NCBI GenBank assembly: GCA_964461295.1
Contig: CAYWTX010000329.1
Location: 1 to 28,653 of the forward strand
Direction: 5' to 3'
DNA length: 28,653 nucleotides
From: an uncultured Planctomycetaceae bacterium
GTDB lineage: Bacteria > Planctomycetota > Phycisphaerae > SM23-33
The notes under the pieces were generated by a model. It was not told where the DNA came from, ran no database searches, and was given only the letters and a program-made list of their open reading frames with translations. The translations under genes were made by a program, and so were the position numbers. Of this stretch, positions 17,072 through 22,808 are shown piece by piece (the stretch's first letter is position 1; each line of letters begins with the position of its first letter).

Positions 17072-17096
17072 CACAGATCACACAGATATCACAGAT
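17072..17096. repeat. Three copies of CACAGAT at 9-nt period in the kamA/ATP-grasp spacer
   Basis: CACAGATca CACAGATat CACAGAT is read directly. It is followed by an 8-bp hairpin, CAAGAGGA-N8-TCCTCTTG, at about 17097-17120. Confidence 0.5.
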
Positions 17097-17186
17097 CAAG
17101 AGGACAAGGTTCTCCTCTTGTCTTTCCTCTGCGCAATCTGCACTACTATCCGCAACTTTCTTCGTCTCCCGCGCTGATTCTTCAAT

Positions 17187-17213
17187 CGCAGAGGGCGCAG
17201 AGGACGCAGAGAA
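17187..17213. repeat. Three copies of CGCAGAGnn at 9-nt period in the same spacer
   Basis: CGCAGAGGG CGCAGAGGA CGCAGAGAA is read directly. Related CTCTGCG/CTCCGCG words recur at about 17137-17146, 17231-17260 and 17322-17335. A 7-bp hairpin, CGCGGGC-AAG-GCCCGCG, lies at 17270-17286. Confidence 0.5.
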
Positions 17214-17345
17214 GGGCTCTGGAAGAAGGTCTCCGCGATCTCGGCGTTCTCTGCGATCAGCCCTTCGGTCGCGGGCAAGGCCCGCGCTGGGCAATCCACG
17301 GACCGTCTCTTCCCTGCCCCTCCGCGTCTCCGCGGCCAGCGACGT

Positions 17346-18746
17346 TCACTGAAACAACGGGGTCTGGATGGTCTGCACGTGCTCGTGGCTCGCGCGGGGT
17401 TGGGGGGTGCGGCCCTGCACGCTGGGGCGCACCTTCGCCTCGCGCCGGTCCTGGCGGGCCGTGTGCGCCGGCTGAATCTTCGACGCCCGCCCGCACGTCA
17501 GGTCGTGGACGGTGGGGGAGTCGATCTCGGCCGTCGCGGGCGCCACGTTGGCGTTGGGCTCCGGGTAGGACACGAGCACGCCTTCGAAGTTCCGAAGCAC
17601 CGTGTGCGACGGGCTGCTGGAAACGATGTACGTGGGCAGCACGGGGATCTTGCCGCCGCCGTGGGGGGCGTCCACGACGAACGTCGGGATCGCCAGCCCG
17701 CTCAGCCGCCCGCGCAGAAACTCCATGATCTCCACGCCCCGGCTGATCGGCGTGCGGAAATGCTCCACGCCGCGGACCAGGTCGCATTGGTACAGGTAGT
17801 ACGGGCGCACGCGCATCCGCACCAGCCGCCGGCAGAGGTCCATCATCAGGGCGGGGTCATCGTTGATCCCGCGCAGCAGCACGGACTGGTTGCCCATGGG
17901 CACGCCCGCGTCGACGAGCTTGCGGCAGGCTTCCCGCGCTTCGGGCGTGATCTCCGAGGGGTGGTTGAAGTGCGTGTTCAGCCACAGCGGGTGGTGCTTG
18001 CGCAGCATGGCCACCAGCGAATCGGTGATCCGCATGGGCATCGTCACGGGCACGCGCGTCCCGATACGAATGATCTCGACGCTGGGCACGGCCCGCAGGG
18101 CCGCCAGGACCCGGTCCAGCGCCTCGTCGCCCATCGTGAGCGGGTCGCCGCCGGATACGATGACGTCATGCACTTCGCCGTGGGCCGTCAGGTACGCCAC
18201 GACCTGGCTCAGGCGCGAGGCGGAGATGCACGATTCCCGGTGCCCGGCGGCGCGCTTCCGCGTGCAGTGCCGGCAGTACATCGCGCACGTCGTCGTCGCG
18301 ATCAGCAGGGCGCGGTCGCCGTAGCGGTGCACCAGGCCCGGCACGGGCATGTCGTGGTCTTCCTCGAGCGGGTCGTCGGCCAGGAACGGCGGATCGAACA
18401 GCTCGTGAAGCTGCGGCACGGCCATGCTGAAGACCGGGTCGGTGGGCCCCAATTCGCGAATGAGCGAAGCATAGTACGGGGTGATCGCAAGCGGAAACTT
18501 CTCGGCGGCCTGTGCCAACCCCGCTTCAGGCCGCAGGGAAGGGTAGAATTCCTGAAGCTGCTCCACGCTTCGGATTCTGTGGCGCATCTGCCACTGCCAA
18601 TCGCTCCAGCGAGCGTCGTTTCTCAGCGAGGCAAGCTTGGCCGATGGCGTTACGCCGTCTGCCCGTCCGCCTCCGTCCGTGCCGGCGGACTTAGATGGAG
18701 GTTCATCACTTGAAACTGCGTCCGAGGCTTCGACCATTTCTAGCAT
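17346..18746 (-). CDS. kamA: Lysine 2,3-aminomutase (KamA/AblA family radical SAM, PLP-dependent)
   Basis: The radical-SAM cluster motif CAMYCRHC lies at 18264-18287. By recollection the protein is near full-length colinear with clostridial KamA (WSDWQWQMRHRI…ITPYY…DPLEEDHDMPVPGLVHRY…VSGGDPL…WLNTHFNHPSEIT…GNQSVLLRGIND…RPYYLYQCDL…PTFVVDAPHGGGK). The frame is open to GTG 18779. The ATG at 18746 is preceded by AGGAG, which overlaps the TetR stop codon (TAGGAG). Confidence 0.9.
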   Translation of the reverse strand: MLEMVEASDAVSSDEPPSKSAGTDGGGRADGVTPSAKLASLRNDARWSDWQWQMRHRIRSVEQLQEFYPSLRPEAGLAQAAEKFPLAITPYYASLIRELGPTDPVFSMAVPQLHELFDPPFLADDPLEEDHDMPVPGLVHRYGDRALLIATTTCAMYCRHCTRKRAAGHRESCISASRLSQVVAYLTAHGEVHDVIVSGGDPLTMGDEALDRVLAALRAVPSVEIIRIGTRVPVTMPMRITDSLVAMLRKHHPLWLNTHFNHPSEITPEAREACRKLVDAGVPMGNQSVLLRGINDDPALMMDLCRRLVRMRVRPYYLYQCDLVRGVEHFRTPISRGVEIMEFLRGRLSGLAIPTFVVDAPHGGGKIPVLPTYIVSSSPSHTVLRNFEGVLVSYPEPNANVAPATAEIDSPTVHDLTCGRASKIQPAHTARQDRREAKVRPSVQGRTPQPRASHEHVQTIQTPLFQ

Positions 18747-18759
18747 AAACACGATTCTC

Positions 18760-19470
18760 CTACTTCTTGGGTTCGGCACCGGCAGGCCCCGTCGTCGTAC
18801 CCGGTTGGATCGACGGGGGCGTCCCCTGGTTGGCCAGGAACGCTTCAGACGCCGCTACAAACGCCTGCCGCATCGGACCCAGACTTTTCTTGATTTCCTC
18901 GGCCGCAAGATCGATCATCGCAAACGAAAGGAAGCCGGAAACAAACCCGGCTATCGCGTACGTCAGCCTCTGCACCTTCTTGCGGTCAAGTTGCAGCACA
19001 AAGGGCGTAAGGAAGTTCTCGATCTCGGTGAGATACCGCCGGTACGGCTGTTCCAGGTCCTCGATGGCTTCGCGCTGCAACTTCAGCAGCAACCTGCCCT
19101 GGAACAACAGGACGAACGCGTCGCGGCTGGTCTGCGAGAAGTCCCAATGCACCAGCAGCAGGCGGTCGAGGGCTTCAGGCAAGTTGCGCGGGGCAGGCTT
19201 GTGGTCGGAAAGTGCCGTAAGCAGAAGAGTTACCACGTCATCCACCAAAGCCACCATCAACTCCTCCCTGCAAGAGAAGTGCCGGTAGAAAGTCCCCTTG
19301 CCCAGGTCGGCCGCTTCGGTGATCTCTTCGATCGTGGTCGCGTCGGAGCCCTTGTCGGCGAACTTGCGGAGCGCTGCGTCCAGCAACCGCTTGCGGGTGC
19401 GTGAGGTACGTCGCGCGGAGCGTGTCTTGCGTGCTTCAGATTGTTCCACTGCAATCGCCATTTCGACCAA
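18760..19470 (-). CDS. TetR/AcrR-family transcriptional regulator
   Basis: The N-terminal HTH is RKRLLDAALRKFADKGSDATTIEEITEAADLGKGTFYRHFSCREEL, followed by an all-helical ligand-binding-type C-terminus. The start is TTG at 19470 or ATG at 19461. This is the first gene of the minus-strand cluster. Confidence 0.9.
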   Translation of the reverse strand: MVEMAIAVEQSEARKTRSARRTSRTRKRLLDAALRKFADKGSDATTIEEITEAADLGKGTFYRHFSCREELMVALVDDVVTLLLTALSDHKPAPRNLPEALDRLLLVHWDFSQTSRDAFVLLFQGRLLLKLQREAIEDLEQPYRRYLTEIENFLTPFVLQLDRKKVQRLTYAIAGFVSGFLSFAMIDLAAEEIKKSLGPMRQAFVAASEAFLANQGTPPSIQPGTTTGPAGAEPKK

Positions 19471-19480
19471 TCGTTAGGAG

Positions 19481-19509
19481 ATTATCGTCATGTCTGACCG
19501 AGTAGTCAA
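19481..19509 (-). promoter_or_regulatory. Sigma70-like promoter for the tetR-kamA cluster: TTGACT-N17-GATAAT on the minus strand
   Basis: The -35 TTGACT is the reverse complement of 19504-19509. The -10 GATAAT is the reverse complement of 19481-19486. The spacer is exactly 17 nt. The -10 lies about 10-20 nt upstream of the TetR start candidates, which implies a very short leader. Confidence 0.5.
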
Positions 19510-19525
19510 GAGTGACTTTGCGGTC
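19496..19525. promoter_or_regulatory. 30-bp imperfect palindrome overlapping the -35; candidate TetR operator
   Basis: The sequence is GACCGagtAGTCAagagTGACTttgCGGTC. The inner (AGTCA/TGACT) and outer (GACCG/CGGTC) arms are perfect inverted repeats, with 10 of 13 arm positions complementary. The core overlaps the TTGACT -35 box. Confidence 0.45.
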
Positions 19526-19950
19526 GCAAGAGATTTTTCTTGTCTTCTCCCCCCAAGCCGCTGAAGTGGGAGGCGATGGTACCCCCAAAGCGTAGGGGGG
19601 GAAGCGGGGGACGCCAAGATGTGGCGACGCGGAGAAGCGAGCGACGCCGAGACACAGGGACGGGCAGACTCGGGATCCCTGGCCGCTCTGGCCATCCCAT
19701 CCACGGCTGGCAAGACCAGTGGGAGTCCGTAAGAGGTAACACTTCACCCCTCTGCAACGAATTGTGCGGGTGGCGGCGGGAGTTGGCCAGTCGTCAGGTA
19801 GGTCCGCAAGGCCGAATCCATCGTGGCCAACGGGTCCTGCCCACGCAACTTCAACGTTCGGTACACGCCCATCAGGACGGCTCTGAAAGGGCAGCAGAAC
19901 GTTGGCCCTTATATCGCCCTTACAGGGCTGACCACCACACACCACCATTT

Positions 19951-19969
19951 CCCAGGGCGTTGCCCTGGG
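19951..19969. repeat. REP-like hairpin CCCAGGGC-GTT-GCCCTGGG within a ~500-nt non-coding spacer
   Basis: The 8-bp stem is perfect. It is followed by a second small hairpin, CAGCC-CTTCA-GGCTG, at about 19981-19995. It sits 76-94 nt downstream of the stop of the 20045-21955 gene (minus strand). Confidence 0.4.
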
Positions 19970-20044
19970 CTGTCATATCCCAGCCCTTCAGGCTGAAGAA
20001 TCCGACGCCTTCTTGCCTGCTGCCTATCCGGCGGCCCGCAACCG

Positions 20045-21955
20045 CTACTGCCTCTTGCCGCAAGCGGGGCAGAAGCCTCCGCCGGATTCCAGGGCGGCGC
20101 CGCAGTGGCGGCACCTGGCGCCCGCGCCGATGACCACCGGCGTGCCGGCCAGGCCGGCGACCACCATCGGTTGCGGCGCGGCGCGGCGCCCGGCCGCGGC
20201 CGCCGTCACCGCCGCCACCACCTGCTCCAGCGATGTCTTCATCAGCCGCTCCATGCGGTCGGCGTGCGAATCGGCCATCTGCTTCTGGTCGGCAAGCTGT
20301 TTCTCCAACGCGGCGGCCCGCTCCCCCGAGATCGCGCCCTCGTCGCGGTACTTCTGGGTCAGCGCCCTGGCCGCCTCCGGCGAGGCCGCCGCCGCCAACG
20401 CCAGAATCTGATCCGGCGTCATGTTCTGCTGCGCACGCACCCGCTCCAGCTCGACGATCCTCTCGGCGGCCGGGCCGTCCACAATCGCCATGATCGCCCG
20501 CGACGTGCTCTTGCTCAGCGCCTCCAGCCGCGCCGCCTCACGCTTCTGCTCGCGGTCCAGCGCGTCCTGTTCAACGGCCACCGTCTCCCGCAGCAGCCGC
20601 TGGCCCAGCTCCGCCTCCGCCTTGTCCCGCGCGAACTCGTCCCACTCGACCTTCTTCTTCAGGGCGTGCTCGGCCTCCTCCTGCCGCAGCTTCTCGCCGT
20701 GCTCCAATCGGCCCATCTCCAGCCGCACCTTGCCCTGTTCGGCCTCGCCCTTTGCCGCATCCAGGCGCCGCTGAAGACCGCGCATCTGCCGTTCGTCCTG
20801 CCGCCTTTCGTCGTGCAGCAGCGCTTCCCACTGCTTGGCCCGCTCGGCGCCGTCCTGAAGCGTCTCGATCTCGATCCGCCGCAGGATGCCCTCGCGGCCG
20901 CGCTCGAACTCCAGCCTTGCCGCCAGCCGCGCCATCTCGTCGCCCCGGATGACTTCCCGGAGCCCCAGTTCGTGCTCGGTCTGGCGGATGAACTGCTCGA
21001 GGTCCTTGCCCGTCTTGAACTCGTGCATCTTGTCCGTCGAGAACGTCTCCCGCAGGCGCTGGGCCAGCCTCGTCCGCTGCTCGGTGACGTCGGCCTCGCG
21101 ATCGGCAAAGCCCGCGCTCCGCTGCTTGTCGGCCAGGTCCGCCTCCCGCCGGCGAATCCTCTCGTAGGCCTCGCCGGCGAAGCTGACGAAGCGGATCTGC
21201 ACCAGCTCCAGCCCCATGCGCCGCAGCGTGGGCGCCACCGCCTGGCGAAGGTCTTCCTCGATCCGCGCGCGGATGGCGGGGTCGGTGAACAGCCGCTCGG
21301 CAGGATGCCGGCCGGCAATGCCCGCCAGGAGCATCTGGACCTCGTCGGCAAGTTGCTGCTCCATCTCGGCGACCGTCAGGACGTTGCGGCCCTTGAACAG
21401 GTTGACGTACAGCGCGTCCATGTCGGCGATGCGAAAGACGAGCCGCTCCACGCTGCCGACCTCGATCTTGTCGGCCGTCCACAGGCCGCCGTTCTCCAGG
21501 TCGATCGTCACGTCGCCGGCGTCGATGAGGACCACGGATGCGTCCTGATCGATCATGAAATGGTTGAGCCGGTTGAGGAACCCGCCCATGTCATGCCGGC
21601 CGGCCGGCAGTTCGGCGCGGAACCTGCCGGCCTGGAAGAGCAGCGCTCGCGTACCGTGGTCGATCACCAGCGGCTTGGCCAGCCAACCCTTGACATCCTG
21701 GTTGTCCACCCGGACGGCGAAGTCGCCGTCGCGGCGCGACCAGCGGTCGTTGAGCAGCGTCGGCTTGGCCACCTGCGACAGGTCGGCGCCGCAACGCCAG
21801 CAGAACTTGCTCGTCCGGGCCACCTCCGCGGCGCAGGACCCGCACTGCGTGAGTCCCTTGGGCCCCACGGCCCCGCACTTGGGGCAGAACTGCGAGCCCT
21901 TGCGCACGCGATAGTCGCATTCCCGATTCACGCACCGGTTCGTGAACAATCCCAT
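20045..21955 (-). CDS. Double zinc-ribbon + SPFH/Band-7-like domain + long Glu/Arg-rich coiled coil + C-terminal zinc-ribbon protein (YdjI/COG4260-like)
   Basis: The ATG at 21955 lies 6 nt after AAGGAG. The N-terminus has two CxxC…CxxC ribbons (CVNRECDYRVRKGSQFCPKCG; CGSCAAEVARTSKFCWRCG). Residues ~70-270 read as the Band_7_1 type of SPFH domain (…LVIDHGTRALLFQAGRF…GRHDM…VVLIDAGDVTIDL…VERLVFRIADMDALYVNLF…GLELVQIRFVSF). About 300 aa of heptad-like ER/EA/QR-rich sequence follows. The protein ends RCRHCGAALESGGGFCPACGKRQ. Confidence 0.75.
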   Translation of the reverse strand: MGLFTNRCVNRECDYRVRKGSQFCPKCGAVGPKGLTQCGSCAAEVARTSKFCWRCGADLSQVAKPTLLNDRWSRRDGDFAVRVDNQDVKGWLAKPLVIDHGTRALLFQAGRFRAELPAGRHDMGGFLNRLNHFMIDQDASVVLIDAGDVTIDLENGGLWTADKIEVGSVERLVFRIADMDALYVNLFKGRNVLTVAEMEQQLADEVQMLLAGIAGRHPAERLFTDPAIRARIEEDLRQAVAPTLRRMGLELVQIRFVSFAGEAYERIRRREADLADKQRSAGFADREADVTEQRTRLAQRLRETFSTDKMHEFKTGKDLEQFIRQTEHELGLREVIRGDEMARLAARLEFERGREGILRRIEIETLQDGAERAKQWEALLHDERRQDERQMRGLQRRLDAAKGEAEQGKVRLEMGRLEHGEKLRQEEAEHALKKKVEWDEFARDKAEAELGQRLLRETVAVEQDALDREQKREAARLEALSKSTSRAIMAIVDGPAAERIVELERVRAQQNMTPDQILALAAAASPEAARALTQKYRDEGAISGERAAALEKQLADQKQMADSHADRMERLMKTSLEQVVAAVTAAAAGRRAAPQPMVVAGLAGTPVVIGAGARCRHCGAALESGGGFCPACGKRQ

Positions 21956-22083
21956 GGCATTCTCCTTTGCGGCCGCGGCTTTCCGTCGGCCAGCCGTCGG
22001 CCTGACTCACAGCCGCGACACAAGGCCGCGGACGCCTTCCGTAGATCGTCGCCCCAAGCCCGCCACGCCTCGATTGCGAAGCA

Positions 22084-22743
22084 TCACAGCGGACGCATGG
22101 CGTGTTTGATGATCCGCACGATACCGCGCAGGATCGCCATGGCGATCAGGAACGCCACCAGGGCCGCGACGATCACCAGGGGGTACCGCCAGAACTGGCT
22201 CACGGCTTCCGACCAGTGCATGTACGCGTCGCCCTCGACCGGCCCGCTGCTCCAGACGATCTGCCCGGTTTCCACGGCCGCCAGATGCACGGAGACCTTG
22301 ACGCGCCCGCGGATGCTCCACATGTTGACGGACTCATCCCAGATTCGCCCGTACAGGATCGCGCTGACGCCCTGAATCCTGCCGAACTTCTGGATCGTCG
22401 CGGCGTCCATGATGTCCTTCTGGCGAACGCCGCGCTCGATCTCCGCCACCAGCTTCTTCCACGTCTCGTCGTTCCTGGTGAACAGGCTCAGGTCGGTGCG
22501 GGTCACGGCCGTCTTCAGCAGGTTCGTGACGTACTCCTCCTTGTCGCCCTCGACAGGCAGGACGGCGACGCTGCCGGTCTTGGGGGCAAGCCGGGCCGCC
22601 CGCAGCGACTGCTCGATCTGCGCGACGGCCTTCTCCGAAGCTCGCTGGAGGGTCTCGCGCTCATTGCCCGCGGCGGGAGCGGCCAAGGCCGCCAGGACGA
22701 CCGTCGCCGCCACGCCCGCGATCGTTGCACGCGTCATCATCAT
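22084..22743 (-). CDS. Small bitopic envelope protein: signal peptide, LpoB/CsgG/FlgO-like periplasmic domain, C-terminal TM anchor
   Basis: The real start is the ATG triplet run at 22735-22743, 8 nt after AAGGAG, and not the 649-aa ORF start at 24033. The signal is MMMTRATIAGVAATVVLAALAAPAAG. The pattern SVAVLPVEGDKEEYVTNLLKTAV…GVSAILYGRIWD…VSVHLAAVETGQIVWS is typical of that fold class by recollection. The C-terminal hydrophobic helix is YPLVIVAALVAFLIAMAILRGIV. Confidence 0.65.
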   Translation of the reverse strand: MMMTRATIAGVAATVVLAALAAPAAGNERETLQRASEKAVAQIEQSLRAARLAPKTGSVAVLPVEGDKEEYVTNLLKTAVTRTDLSLFTRNDETWKKLVAEIERGVRQKDIMDAATIQKFGRIQGVSAILYGRIWDESVNMWSIRGRVKVSVHLAAVETGQIVWSSGPVEGDAYMHWSEAVSQFWRYPLVIVAALVAFLIAMAILRGIVRIIKHAMRPL

Positions 22744-22808
22744 CGCTTCGTCTCCTTGGGTTTCCCGTTCATCGCGGCGCCTCTTGCCGCCGCCGGACCG
22801 ATGGACAC

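Noticed and set aside
17346-18746. KamA homolog interpreted as EpmB (EF-P beta-lysylation) or as glutamate 2,3-aminomutase.
   Set aside because: The protein is of KamA-like length with the C-terminal extension, whereas EpmB is about 340 aa by recollection. No epmA or efp gene is adjacent. Both lysine-epsilon-amino-binding Asp positions are retained, which argues against the glutamate enzyme. These points come from a by-eye alignment and should be confirmed.
1658-19404. Other long shadow ORFs in the left two-thirds of the window, for example 1658-2857(+), 4985-6394(-), 6411-7604(-), 8297-9934(-), 9759-11348(-), 12885-14111(-), 13235-14245(+), 14208-15299(+), 15919-17352(+), 17379-18713(+) and 18637-19404(+).
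   Set aside because: The reasoning is the same. They have low-complexity Arg/Gly/Pro/Ala-rich composition and no motifs. Each is fully overlapped by an opposite-strand or alternate-frame gene with strong domain evidence.
19436-19948. The 170-aa minus-strand ORF and the 197-aa plus-strand ORF (19540-20133) in the tetR/SPFH spacer as possible genes or pseudogenes.
   Set aside because: There is no SD or domain signal. Composition and sequence words match repeat-element pseudo-peptides. The 197-aa ORF also runs antisense into the SPFH gene. I treat the region as non-coding repeat/hairpin DNA.
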